From contig JAHBMJ010000022.1 in the NCBI GenBank assembly GCA_018398765.1, forward strand, positions 1 through 59,424: a stretch of DNA of 59,424 nt. Reading direction: 5' to 3'. Under the pieces are notes generated by a model, which ran no database searches, had not been told where the DNA came from, and saw only the letters and a list, made by a program, of their open reading frames with translations. This DNA comes from Chromera velia (taxonomy: Eukaryota). Numbering within the stretch: the first letter of the stretch is position 1; each line of letters opens with the position of its first letter. Shown piece by piece: positions 46,198 through 59,169 of this stretch. Position numbers and translations under genes: made by a program.

Positions 46198-47820
46198 ATG
46201 GCAGAACAGGAAGCGGGAACCACCCCGAGCGTCCCGACGCCTATCGGTCCCTGGCTCTCCATTGAGGAGCTGTACAAGCTCCACGATCAGGAGAAGGAAA
46301 GATTCTTTTCTGCTCCCGTGAAACTGTTTGCTTCTGTGAAAAGCACCCGAGTGGGTGATGGAGGGAAGATTGTGTTCATTGATCTTCGTGACGGTTTCTC
46401 CCAAGACATCAAGAGCATTGGCTCGCCTGACGCCTATCTCGGCTCAGAGCACAAGTGTGTCTTCGAGAAGGGAGAGGACGAATCTGATTTCTCTCCCTTG
46501 ACTCTCGATCAGATGAAGGAAACCAAATTCCTTTCACAGGGCTGTTCAGTTGTCATCGAGGGAATTTTTGTGAAGTCCCCCGAAGGCACCACTCAGCTGT
46601 TTGAGCTCCAGATCCACCAGTTGAGTGTGGTGGGAGGAGTCGAGGATCCTGCCAAGTACCCCATCACCAAGTCCAACCTCAAACAGCTCGCCTCCCTCAG
46701 GCAGCTTCCCTTCGACCGCATGTTGGCAGAGCCTGTGCAGTATATCTTGCAAATCGACTCCGAGGCCTCCTTCGCCTTCCAGGAGTACCTCAGAGAAGAG
46801 GGCTTCGTCCACACCCCGGGGGACATCCTAACCTCGTCCTGCTGTGAGGGCGCAGGGGAGATGTTCAAAGTCGATCCCCAGATGTTCGGCACCGGACCAG
46901 ACGGCAAGCCTATGCCTGTCGGTTTGACCGTCAGCTCTCAGATGCCTCTCGAAAAGAGCATCGACGGACTTAGAAGGACTTATGTCTTTCAGAAGTCATT
47001 CCGAGCTGAGAAGTCAGACACCAGCAAGCACTTGTGTGAGTTTCGACACCTTGAGATTGAGGCCAAGTACATCGACTTCAAGTGGTTGTTGGACTTCACC
47101 GAGAAGATGCTGAAGGCCGTGATCAAAATGGTCTTTGAGCGTTGCGCGAAGCAGTTCGACTTCCTTGAGGGGCGCTGGGGTCCCTCCGACACCACGAAGG
47201 GTCTTCGTAAGTTCTTTCTGGAACTCTGCGACAGACCCTTCGTTCGAATCAAGCACGCAGAGGCTGTGCAGTTGATTCAGAGGTTGGTGAAGGAGAAGGT
47301 CGAATTGCCTGAGGAGGCAACAGGCAAGTTGAAAAGAGTGAAGGTGAAGGAATGGCCGACTGAGGCCGACGATCTCGCCTCTGAGCACGAGAAGCTGCTA
47401 GTGACCTATTTTGGTTACATGCAGCTGGATGAGGAGGAGAGGAAGCAGCGACTCGAGAAGAAGGCCCATTTCGGGGCCTTTGTCGCAGTCACGCACTGGC
47501 CGTTTGCAATCAAGAGTTTCTACATGAAGCAGTGCAGCGACGGCACATGCGAGGCCTTTGACCTCCTCGCCCCCTTCGCAGGGGAACTGTTCGGAGGGTC
47601 AATGCGTGAGTGGCGTCACAGCTACCTCGAAAAGGCCGTGCAGGACAGAGAGATGGACCCCCGCCCGATCCAGTGGTATCTCGACTTGAGGAAGACGGGG
47701 GCGGCGCCCCATGGAGGGTGGGGTATGGGGTTCGATCGGTTTTTGATGATGATCACGGGGGCCCCCTCTGTGCGTGACGTTGTGATGCTGCCTGTTTACT
47801 ATCAGCACTGTCCTTATTGA
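46198..47820 (+). CDS. asnS: Asparagine--tRNA ligase (class IIb), intronless, 540 aa
   Basis: OB-fold start (VKSTRV..GKIVFIDLRDG), TPGDILTSSCCEGAGEMFKV, LTVSSQMPLE, motif 2 KSFRAEKSDTSKHLCEFRHLEIE, WPFAIKSFYM, AFDLLAPFAGELFGGSMRE and motif 3 WYLDLRKTGAAPHGGWGMGFDR. Confidence 0.93.
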   Translation: MAEQEAGTTPSVPTPIGPWLSIEELYKLHDQEKERFFSAPVKLFASVKSTRVGDGGKIVFIDLRDGFSQDIKSIGSPDAYLGSEHKCVFEKGEDESDFSPLTLDQMKETKFLSQGCSVVIEGIFVKSPEGTTQLFELQIHQLSVVGGVEDPAKYPITKSNLKQLASLRQLPFDRMLAEPVQYILQIDSEASFAFQEYLREEGFVHTPGDILTSSCCEGAGEMFKVDPQMFGTGPDGKPMPVGLTVSSQMPLEKSIDGLRRTYVFQKSFRAEKSDTSKHLCEFRHLEIEAKYIDFKWLLDFTEKMLKAVIKMVFERCAKQFDFLEGRWGPSDTTKGLRKFFLELCDRPFVRIKHAEAVQLIQRLVKEKVELPEEATGKLKRVKVKEWPTEADDLASEHEKLLVTYFGYMQLDEEERKQRLEKKAHFGAFVAVTHWPFAIKSFYMKQCSDGTCEAFDLLAPFAGELFGGSMREWRHSYLEKAVQDREMDPRPIQWYLDLRKTGAAPHGGWGMGFDRFLMMITGAPSVRDVVMLPVYYQHCPY

Positions 47821-48734
47821 GGTGGGGACATGCAGGGTGTTGTTGGAGTGGGAGTGTCTGTTCAATTTGTGGCGGCACTCTGGGTAGGTACAGGGACAAG
47901 GGTCGGGTGTTCTGCTGTCAGATTGGAATCAAAATTGACTACTGTCTCGGTGTGCATGGTAGGCAGGCTAAGGCAGCGAGTAAAAGGAGGCAGGAGATGG
48001 TGGTTTCCCTGTGCTGCAAGAGCTCCCTTATTCTTCTCAATCCGTTTTGTTCTCAATTTCTTTTGAGTGGCTGTGTTGATAGGTGAGCTGCATCATAGCC
48101 TGCATGGCCGGTGGCTAACCTGTCAACCGAATGTTGGGTTTTGTCCTAGGTTTTGTGAATCAGGCCTTGGATCGGCCATCCAAGATGTTAGTTTCAACCA
48201 AAATTTCAGTTCAACCATGATCATTGCTCCGGAGTCGCACTAATTGCATGACGTTTACTGGTTGCCCACCCCAATCTTTAGCGTACTACTATATAGTAAT
48301 TATTACATGTTTGAATAGTCTAGGCTGTCTAGCGAATAGTTTTCATTTTTATTTTAAGAAAGATGAAATTTTATCATAAAAAAAAATGGGGGAAATTTTT
48401 GTTGATATATGCATCCAGATTTGCATGCAACTACTATGACTTTACTTGAATAACTGCTATAAATTAGTAAATGATCACTCACCTCTAATATCACTATATA
48501 GTAGTATCGTTGACAGTTGACTTACGTTGATGCCTAGGTTGACGTACGCTACTATGCTAGAGTCGAACCTGTAGAGTCGAGCAATCCCCGTAAATGAACT
48601 AGATTTGGAAATGAAAACCATGCTAGAAACCATGCAGGTATAAAAAACACAGATCGAGGTCAAAAGTCTCAAAACTAGGGTCGTAAAGCCTACATACATG
48701 CAAACATACAATCTGTATATGTTTTTGTGTATTA

Positions 48735-49229
48735 CCCTGCAGGTAGCCAGGATTTTACGGTATTTTAGCCCAGGATTTTAGCGGATTTTACGGGATTTTG
48801 GCCAGGATTTTAGCGGATTTTGATGGATTTTGCCCAGGATTCTGCCGGACTCTTAATGTTAAAAATATAATCCCTATACACCTAGGATTTTAGAATCTAA
48901 AATCCTGGAAAAAAGCTAAAATCCTAGCCTCTTCCTAGGATTTTATGGGATTTTACGGGATTATACGGGATTTTACGGGAAAGATATAATCCCATAAAAT
49001 CCCGTAAAATCCCATAAAATCCTGGCATTCATTTCTAAAATCCTAGGATCCAGGATTTTAGTCTTTATAATCTCTAGAGCCAGGATTTTGGATTCTAAAA
49101 TCCTGGAGAAATAGTCCGGCAGAATCTTGGGCAAAATCCGCCTAAATCCACTAAAATCCTGGCCAAAATCCCATAAAATCCGCTAAAATCCTGGGCTAAA
49201 ATCCCGTAAAATCCTAGTTACCTGCAGGG
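48735..49229. mobile_element. Foldback-like MITE, 495 bp, with ~115-bp imperfect TIRs built from GGATTTT subrepeats
   Basis: TA|ccctgcaggtagccaggattttacgg...ttctgccggact mirrors agtccggcagaatc...cccgtaaaatcctagttacctgcaggg|TA. Further internal inverted blocks (aggattttagaatc.aaaatcctgg). Confidence 0.85.
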
Positions 49230-50458
49230 TACTAGCTGTGCAGAATATGTTATATAGTTTATGTATATGTTCACGTAGGCTCAAACCCTAGCACATTAGA
49301 GGCTTATTGAAGTGTTTTTAAGGGTTGATATATGGTTAGGAATTCATTAAAAACAATTTTGAAAATGGCTGTTTAAGGTCATTTTGGGGTCCCTGACCCC
49401 CCGGGCCATAACTTCGGGATCAGTTTATAAAATTACAGACAAATCGGCTAAGGCCTGAGTCCACGCGTTTTTTTTATATAGGTAGTGCACTATAACAGGA
49501 ACACCCAAATTATGACCTAAAATACTACCTAAAAGCCTAAAATATCAATCCTACGTAGAATCGAACAACGAACAATCATGCAGCAGCGGCCAGGGCAACA
49601 GACTCTGGCGGGCCCCGAGGGCGGGGTCTGATACCTCAGCTTAGGCTGGGGAACGCCCCGCCCTGCTAGCTCTGGCGACAGATAGATATAGCGGGAAGGC
49701 CCTAGGGCGGAACATATCAATCAATCAATCAATCAATCAATCCTACTAGCAATCTAACTAGCAAATTAGTAGTAATCGTGTTCTATCCTATCTTATCCTC
49801 TGTGCACATGTGTTTTTACATTGTAATTATTAGTAATTACTATTGAATTAAGTGTTTATCAATTCAAACATGCAGTGTTAAAAACATGGATAAATATGAT
49901 TTTATGCGCTTCAAAATCACGGTTTTTTAATCGATAATGGTTACTAGAATTGTTATGGCTAGTGCATACATGTTGTGGCCTAGGTTGTGGCTATCCTAGG
50001 CTTTACAGCAGTGTGTAATACAACTTACTAGTATTGATTAGACAGCTAGTTAAACAGACCGCCTTCTTCCGCTTAATTAAATAGCTAAGATAGTGGCTTT
50101 ACATCTCGATCAGAGAAGGGAACAAAGCGTGTAGCCGGCGTCCTTCTCAAATGAAAATCGAAAGGCTTCCCGACTAACGGAGTGAGTGAGTACCCGAGGC
50201 TAGCTAGCTACTGTACAGGATCGGAGGGAATTAATACTTTAAGGTACGATCTGGAATGAATTCAGGGGGCCGGTATTAGGGCGACTGCGTGTGGGTGTGA
50301 GAGGAACTGCATGATGGCATCACTGCCTGCTGTTGCGTTTGCTGCTGCTGCATGTACGCACTTCCAGCCTGCTGCTGCTGCTGTGAGTGCGACAGCAGGC
50401 TGTGTGTGTGCAAAACGGAGGACGGGCCTCCAGTAGACTGCGAGACGGCGGATAACGG

Positions 50459-53400
50459 CTACATCATGTTGTTGACGGGGTCATGAGACGAACACGAAGA
50501 CGTGATGACATTAGAGGACGAAGAAGAAGAAGAGTAGAACTGGGGCCAGAGCGGCATGGGCAGAGGGAGCTGGAGAGCGACGGGGAGGGGCATGCTGTAA
50601 GAGGAGGGGGCGGTGGCGGACCCTGATGACCCCGGGGGGTGGGCAGGGGAGGGTGGGGCCATGACAGCAGCAGCAGGCACGGAAGGGGACTGTGCACTTG
50701 GAGGAGAGACCGGCCGATTTTGGCCCCCTTGGCTCTGCTGCTGCTGCTGGAAGAGTGCACTTGTTGGCTGATAGCTTGCATAGGTTCCTGCTGAGCTAAA
50801 TCCTGTGTACAAAGGCACTGCACCCCCTCCGGTCATGTGGGCACTTGGCACAAAGCTCTGCGAACCTGAGGCAGAGAAAGACAGTCCCCCAGCAGCAGCA
50901 GAAGCAGCAGCAGGAACAGAAGGAGCATAGGTCTGAGTGTACGTCCCTGCTTGTTGGGGGTTTGTTTGGGCTCCGGTTGTTGTTGAGGAGAGATGGAGAG
51001 GAGGCAGAGGAGGGGGTCTGGAATTGCTGACTGTATCGGTCCCTGCTGCTGCTGCTGCAGCAGTCGAGAACCCTGCTGAGGAGCCGGGTGAGGGAGAGGG
51101 GGAGGGATTGGGTGATGGTGTCAGGGGGGCCGGGGGGACTGCTGGCACAGGTTGGGGCCTTGATGGAGGAGCTGTAAGAGCACTTACGACGTTGGAAGGC
51201 GTTGAGGAGAGTTTGGAGTTCCGAAGGGAGACGACAGATGCGGGGGGAGAGGAGAGGGAAAGAGTAGAAGAGGGAGGAACTGCCTGATGTGTCACCGAGA
51301 CTCTGCTGTTCGGGGGGACACCCGAAGGCCCCCCCCGTGAGACCCCACGATGCGCTGATGGCAGCTCGGCATCTTTCAAAGGACCCACACCCCCTGCATC
51401 ACTCCGATCCCTGCCGAGACCCTCGACGACAGTGGAGAAACTTCCAGAGGCCCTCGGGAGGTTCTGGATGGAGTTTGCGTTCCCCCCTTCTCCTCCATTA
51501 TCCCAATCGTGTTGTGAATTCAAATCGTTCTCCCCCTGCTGTGTCCCTGATTTGACTGCAACGCCTTCTGCGTCGCCTGTCTCTGCCTTGCTGCGGTGTC
51601 TGTCTGCTTCGCTGGGGAGACATAGAGTGGGGGGTGGGGGCAGCAGCGAGAGCCCGTTTTGAGTTTGCTCATGCACCCCGAGTCCTCCTGGTGCTCCAGC
51701 AGCACTGGAGACAAAAGGAGAGTCTGTGCCTGGGCCCGGGGGCCCCAACCCAGCAGACACGGCGGTGTCCCCAGACGGCTGCTGCTGCCGGGGCTCCTTG
51801 AGGACTCCCGACGGGGCCCCCGCACTTCCCCCCCGCGTCTGTGCCCTCACAGCTCCTCCGCAAGTTGATGTTGCATTCGTGAGATGATGATGTGCGTGTC
51901 CGGGGAAGGGAAGGGTTGCGCGAGCGGGAAGGTGGGAGGGGGCTGAACCTCTCGCTCCTGCTGCTGCCTGCACGGCGCTGCTCCCCTGCTGCTGTCCGTG
52001 AGGTCCTGTAGCTGCAGCTTTTTGCACGTACTGCTGCTGCTGCTGTTGGGATTGGTGATGATGCGCAAGTCCTCCGGGTGTCCTGGGTGGTTGCTGTTGC
52101 TGCTGCTGCTGTGGGAGGTGCGGATGGTTGAAGCGTTGCTGGGAGGATGAAGCCGTTGTTGTCCGTGCGGCCGCTGCACTTGTGACAGGGGAGGAACTCG
52201 GAGGAGAGGCGGAAGTGACCGTCGCAGAGGAGACGAAACCCAAGCCTGAGGGAACCCCGGGCTTTGCGTAATACGACGCATCGTGTTTGTCAACGGGGAC
52301 CCTGTCTCCTCCTTGCATGAGTTGTTGCTGCTGTACTTGATGATGGTGGGAGGAGGGGGCGGGCACTGTGGAGGGACTACCCCCTGCTCCCGCGGCGTTT
52401 GCGCTTGTGGCGGCTGTGCTCGTGCTGGGTGCAGTAACGTGTGAATGTGAGTTCTGCGGTGTGTGGGAGAAGTGAGAAGCCGCAGTGGGTTGGTGGAACG
52501 GGTAGAGGGACGATGGGGGAGGGTAAGCGGTCTGGATGTGGAAGGAGCTGTGGGTCTGCGAGAGAGGGGCGGGGGGCTGGGACTGGAACTGCTGCGGCTG
52601 CTGGGTTCCCATGGCTGCAGAGGCAGAAGAAGCCGAGGCCATGTGGTGGCGGTCGAGGTCGAAGAAGAGCTCTGAAGTCCTCAGAGAGTGGGACCTTGAC
52701 CGCATGTGGGCAGATAGGCCGGCATGAGTGTGGGAGACGGGGGGAGGTGGGTGTGTCTGCAAAGCCGAGGAGACGGAGCCGGACGGCCCCCCTGCGTGGC
52801 TGTGGGTGCTGCCGAAGGAGAGAGAGAGGGACGCTGCAGTTGCGGTGGAGGGAGGGAGGGGCCCCCAGCCTGCTGCTTGAGGTTGTTGCTGAGAGTGACT
52901 GTGGCTGAGGGAGACGGAGCCTTGTTGTGAGGGGGGGGCTGCCTGTGTTAGTGTCTGTGTCTGCGTTTGCGTGAGTGAGTGACCTGGGATGGTCTGTCGG
53001 GATGGTACGGGGGTGGCTGCACTGGCAGGCGTCGTGTGCTTTTGGGAGTAGCTGTCAGTCCCGCAGGGGGCTGGAAGGCCGTTATTCATGGTCAGGGGCA
53101 CACAATAGAGGTGGGGGAGCAGAGACATGCAGGACGGGTTGTTGGTTTCGGGGGATGCTGTAGAGGCCCCTCCACTCAAGAGCTGTCCCCCCGTGGCGTG
53201 TGCGTGGGGAAAGTGGAAAGAGGAAGAGGAGACGGGGGCCCCGAAAGCAGCGGCAGCCTGTGACACAAGGCCGAAGGAGGGGGGGAAGAAGGGGAAACCA
53301 CTAGCCGCTGCATAGGCAGCTGCAGCGTGAGAATGAGACTCTGCTGCAGCGGCATGAGCGAAAAGGGGTGCGTGTGCAGGGTGTGCAAAGGCGGCTGCAG

Positions 53401-56400
53401 CTGCGGGATGATGAGGATGCATACCGAAATGGGAATAGAAAGGTGCCGGGAACGCTGCCCCCACCGCGGCAGCTGTGGCAGCTGATCTTGGAGCTTCAGG
53501 GACCTGCATGGGGCCCTCTGCGTTGACATTGTCAGGGTCCATGCCGGGGCCCCTTGCAGCAGCAGCCGACACCAAAGGAGTCGAAGAGACGGACTCGGAC
53601 GCAGGAGACGGAGACGGATAGGCCTCTTCCCTGGGTGTAGGCTTGTCTTTCTGGAGGGGGGTAGAAGCCGGAGTTTGGATGACGCTGCTCTCTCCCGCTC
53701 CCTGTTCTCTGCCGTCTCCCCCTCCATCTTCAAACTTCCCGCCTGAATGAGGACGCAGAAGGGAAGCAGAGACGGGTGGGGCAGGCTCAGGGTCTGCATC
53801 TATGTCCTCATCTCCCTCACCCTCCTCATCATTCATTTCCCCTTCCATCTCCCCCACAAGTGCCTTTGGTGCCTCATTCTGATTTGCCTCCTTCTGCTCC
53901 AGACTCTCGCTCTCGCCTCTGTCTTCCGTACATTCTCCTCTACTCCCAAGTGCCCCCCCTGCCCCTTGCACAATGTGCCAATCAGAGTCATCCTCGTTGC
54001 CTGTGGGGGGACTTTCTGGAGGCACCCTGCTGAGGCTGTCATGACTCTTCTGTTTCTCGTCCCCCCCCATCTGTGCGTGCGTCAGCCCAACAAGGTTGGC
54101 TGACCCTCCTCCCGGGGAGTTGCTGCTACATGCCCGCAAGGCAGTGCCTCTCTTCCCGTCTCTGCCCACGCGGATCAACTCCAACCTCGGGTGCTGCATC
54201 TCATCCTGCACCCCTCCCCCCCGTTCCGCATCTGACGCACGCTTCAGACTGCACCCGTGGAAGAAGTCCTCCACCCACTGGGTTGCTGCCAGGGTATCTG
54301 CAGCACCTGCAGTATCAGGAGAGGGGGTGGGGCTGGCAGGGGAGGAAGAGGAGGACGTGGTCGTCGGGTTGTTGTCCCCGTGTCCCGGAAAGCTCATGGA
54401 AGCTGCGGGTGTGCGCAACGGACGCGGGGCGGGAGGCAGCGACCCACGCATGTGCCCCGCAAGCATTGACGCCCCCCGGCCCCCACCCGCATGCCCGTGA
54501 GGCGGCTGTAGCTGCATTTTCTTCTTGGCCTTGGCCATGGAGGCATAACCACAGCCCCCGGGGAGTGTGTCAGGGGACCGGGTCCTTTGAAGGGCCCCCC
54601 GAGGGGATTCTCCTTCTTCTCCTTCTCCTGAAAGCAGGGCCCCCCTGACAGAGGGCACAGAAGCCCACGGGCGGGCAGAGACAGGGGGCCCAGGCACGAC
54701 TGGGGGAAACAAATTGGAGGGGGGGGAGAGGGGGCGGAAGTTCCCCTGAGAGAGGGCGCTTGTGGGCACAAGGGGAAAAGGACAAAGGTGCTCTTTTGCC
54801 TTTCCATCCCCCCCTCTACCACCACCCCCACATTCTAACATCTTCTCCTTTTCACTTTCCTCCGCGTGCCCCCCCCTCTGCGGCACACTAGGGGACTCTG
54901 AATCGACGCGAAGGGGGGGACCAGCCCCCCCGCATGCCGAGTCCAAAGCGCTGACGGAGGAGAAGGAGCGTACGGCAGGAAGTGACAGAGCACCCCCCCC
55001 ACGACCCGACATCCCCTCCCTGCCCCCCGGACTGAAACCGAACCACGTCCGTGAAGATGCCAGAAGACCAACGTTTTTGTGTCCATGGGGGGGGGGAAGA
55101 CCAGACAGATCGAATTCCCCCATGCACACACTGCTGCCCCCGTGTGCATCGAATCTTGAGACGTTCGAACTTCGGGAAGAAGTTGTACGGGGGGAACTGC
55201 CTCCGTACATGGGCCGGGGGGGCCTTCCTCTTCTTCCCCCTTCTCTCATTGGTCTGCCCTCCGAAGGAAAATCTGCCGGGGTGGACATCATCATTAGTCT
55301 CACCCCCCTCTCTCGCCTGCTGTACCGTCTTCTTTTATGCCTGAGCAACCTAGGTTCCCTCCCCCCATCTGCTGCCTCCAGGTTCTTTGCTCGAGACCAC
55401 GAGAACAATGGAAAAGAGGAACCAGCAAAAGGAACTCTCCCATGGAGCTTCTGACCTGTCACTCGTGACACGGGACCTTTCCATCGACTCTCTCTCTCCC
55501 TTTCTCCTGCTGCCCCCCAGATCTCCGCCATTTCCTCCTTCAGTGTCTCAACGCTGCCCATCCCGGGATGAGGGGCACTTGCTGCCCCTGTCGGGGTACT
55601 CGCAGCGAGACCCCCGGCCTGCCGCCGATTTAATTGGCACGGACGCCCCCCGGATGTCTGGGGGGATCCGCCGGCAGCGGCAGCGGCTGCACCCAGGGAG
55701 GCGGGGGCGGAAAGAGGTTCAGGCAGCAGAGACGCGGCCGGGATGTTAAGCTGAGTGCTGACAGGGACCAGCCCTCCGCGGGCAAACGGACCTTCTGACG
55801 TTGCAGCTGCACCACCCGACTCTCCGAAGAAATCTTCATGATCACCCCTGACACAGTCCTCAAAATCAAACTCACCCCCATCCCCCCCCTCCTCTACCCC
55901 CTCTGGGGGGAGACGGACTGCCACCGGGATGTTCAGAGGCAGGGGCGGATGGGAGTCCCATGTCGGTAGACTGAACAGAGGGGCGGCATGCTGAACTGGG
56001 ACTGGACATTCGGACATTCTCTTTCTGTCTGCAGCTGTGTCAACAGACTGAGCTGGTGTAGAGTCAGCAGACGGCAGAGAGGAAGGCGGCTGCTGCGACT
56101 GTGCTGCTGTGCGTGATTGTTTGTGCATGGGGGAGTGTCTCCGATGAGAAGCGGCCGGGGCCCCTTGTTGTTCCTCATGTCCTCCCTTGAGAGACTGCTT
56201 TTCTTTCCTCTTCTGCTGCGGCTGTTGGCGCTTCTCTTGCTGCTGTTGTGAAAGCAGGAGGAGTTTTGTGGCAGGGTCGTTGCTCCTGTCGTCTGTCAGC
56301 AGACACCTCGTGGAATGTCGCACTGCAAAGAGAGAGAAAAGGGGAGGGAGGGACAAAGGGGCGAAGTGCACAGACCAGCAGAGGAAGGAAACTTGTGAGA

Positions 56401-58629
56401 TAGTCAGCGAGCGGGCATAACTGTGTAGGAAACCAAAGGATGGATGGATGAAGACACAAACAGCTGTCCTTCCTTCTTCAATGCAGCAGCAGAAAGCGAC
56501 GATTCAAATCTTCGAAGACACACAAATTCTTCCACGCACAGACAGAACAACGGGGAGCAAGCAAGACAGAAACAAAAAGAGACCTACCAGGATACTGAGG
56601 TGGCTCCGCTCGATTTCCTTCGTGCCCTCTCTCTTTCTCTGTCCCCCCACCCACACCCCTCTGTGAGTCTCCAAACACTCCAACCGGACCACCAAAGACG
56701 GCAGAAGAAGAAGCAGCAGCAGCAGCAAGACGGGGGGCTGAGGGAAGAGAGGGAGAAAGAGAGGCAGCTGCGGCCTCTGGGAAAGGAAAGAGAGAGTCAG
56801 TAGCAGGAGCACAGGACCGTCTAGCGTCAGGACACCAGGGAATGTCAAGCGGAGGACCCCTCCCCCCTGCATCCTCCTGCTTGTCCCCCTGTCTCTCCCC
56901 CAATGACCCCAGAGGGAATAGCAGAGATTCGGCTGTTGGCACAGGGCCAGTCTTGCATGACTTCGACTGATGTGGCGTCTCTGTGTGCATTTGCGTCTGT
57001 CGGAAGAGCACTGTGGCTGTACTCCCCGGTTGGACGCATCCGGACATCCCCACCCCCTCCGCCTGGGAGGCAGGCAAGGCAGAGCTGCCAAGACCAACTG
57101 CACCCTCATGCATGCTGCCAGCAATTGAGAGGGACAGGGGATCCTTGACAAAGTTGCTTTGTTTCGTCCTTCTACTTTCCCTTTCCCTCTCCCTCTTTTC
57201 CACGACTGAGCAGACAGAGCAGAAAGCTTTCAAGGCCTCCCGAAGCTCTGCAGATCTCCGACGTTCCTCCTCCAAATCCATTCGGGCAGCACGAGCATGG
57301 GCTTCTATCTGGGCCTCTCGGCGTGCTGCCTCTTCTTGGGTCCTCCTCAACTCGGCCCGCAGAAGTTCGTTCTCGCGCTCGAGAACTTCTCGAGACTTTA
57401 TGCGAACATCCGGCTTTCTGGGACCGGCAATGTCTGGCTCTCCTTCCACTTTTGCTGGCAGAAGAGCGGAAGAAGTGAAGGGTACTGAAGGGACCCGTTG
57501 GGGGATTTCCTGAAAGAGGGGGGAGACGGCAGGGAGATGGACAGCAACAGGGTGCTGTAAAAGATCGAAGGGGGGGGGGGGGGCAGAGGGAAACCCGCCA
57601 GGGGGGTCCGCTGGGGGGGCGTCTGGATGAAAGTGTGTCTCTTGATACTGGCCCCCTTCTTGCAAAAAACTCATTGTACGATCACCTTTTTCCTCTTCCC
57701 TGTATTCTCCCTCCCCCCCCTCTGCCTGCAGCTCGTGTGCACCCGCCTCCTCTCTCTCTTGCTCCATCCTTCCCGCTGCCCCCCCAGCAGGTATCTGCCC
57801 GCAGTGAGAGAACGACTCCGAGTCTTCGAGGTAAAAGGCACCCCCATACGTCGGCACAGAATATCTCCGCCGCATCATCCCCCCTCCTTCTGCGGACAGG
57901 CAGAGAAACAAAAAAGTAAACTTTGCGTCTTCTTTCATCGTCTGTTCTCTTCTCTTGTCCCGTCTGACCCACCCCATGCCCCCCGCCCCCCCCGCACACA
58001 CACTCGACAGAAAAATGAAGATTGCGGTTGGAGAGGAGCAGTCAGAAAGAGAGAGCCACATGAACAGAATAAATCCCGTTCCAAAGGAGAAATAAGAAAA
58101 GAGAGAAAAAGAAATGACTCGGAGAGAAACCACGCGTTCTGTCTGACAACAAAGATACCACCACGCACGCACAAGAAGAACAGAAACGTCGTTTCTTCCT
58201 GTCTGCAATTCTGTCAATCAGAGCTCACTCACCTGCAACGCCAGCCACAGCGAGGACGTCTCGATCTTCCTGTCCGTCATGGTGCTCCCCTCCCTCTCCT
58301 ATTGAATGCCCCGACGCACAGCCTCCTCGCCAGACGTCTCCCTCTCCCTCTTCCTCCTCGGCTTCGAAATCAGTCAGCAGGTCTGGGAGGTCTCGCAAAG
58401 AGGGCGTGCTCAGGGCACGACGACGCCGTCCCCCAGGGCCCAGGAAAGGGCCGCCCTCCGCTGTGGTTTCACAGGCGTCTGCCGGGGCTCCTAGCAACGT
58501 CGGCAGCGGACCAAGAGCCTGGAGAGAGAGAGGTCTCGGGTTCGGGTTTGCGTCTCTGGCCTCTCCCCTCTCGACAAACGAGGGCGGCTTGCTGTTGGGC
58601 TTGCTCTGCACACGAACGAAGACATCCAT
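50459..58629 (-). CDS. Large low-complexity (S/P/A/G/Q-rich) protein with one coiled-coil segment; complement(join(50459..56322,56588..57889,58233..58629)), ~2520 aa; may have further 5' exons
   Basis: A 5.9-kb uninterrupted ORF plus two upstream ORFs, joined by phase-1 introns (GCAG|GTGAGT at 58232 to CCGCAG; CCTG|GTAGGT at 56587 to TTGCAG). Coiled coil LERENELLRAELRRTQEE...LREAL. No recognisable catalytic domain. Confidence 0.75.
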
Positions 58630-58790
58630 GAAAAAGCAGTTTTGAATGTAAAGATATTGTCATGGGTCCATCACTTATCCGCCCAGTTCATGCGAGAGGG
58701 CAGTACGTTCGGGTGCGCTGAGTGAGAAAAGCAGTGGAGCAGTCTTTGTGTTCCTGCCTTTCAAAAGAAGAGATCAAAATTGCAAGAGAT

Positions 58791-58826
<36 letters not shown>

Positions 58827-59169
58827 CGAAGGCACAGAAGAAAAAGGCAGACTTACCCATCGAGGAAAGGGAACGAAGACAAAATGCTCATCTTCCCACC
58901 AGACTGCATGCAAACACACACGCAAAGAGAGAAGCAAACAGACAGCAAGAGAGTCCAGAAAGAAGAAGGAAGGACAGTCAGAAAAGAATTCCAGAGGAAA
59001 CAAAAAAGAACAGACGACGAAGAATGAAGCTTTCCGCAGAGAGGAAAACCATAGGACTTCAAGCAAGACAGACATTAATTCCACCCCCTCGATCCTCCCA
59101 ACCCCCAAAGACACAAAACACATCCATCACACAGAACAGAAAGCTTTGCACAAAGAGTGACAGACAAAC

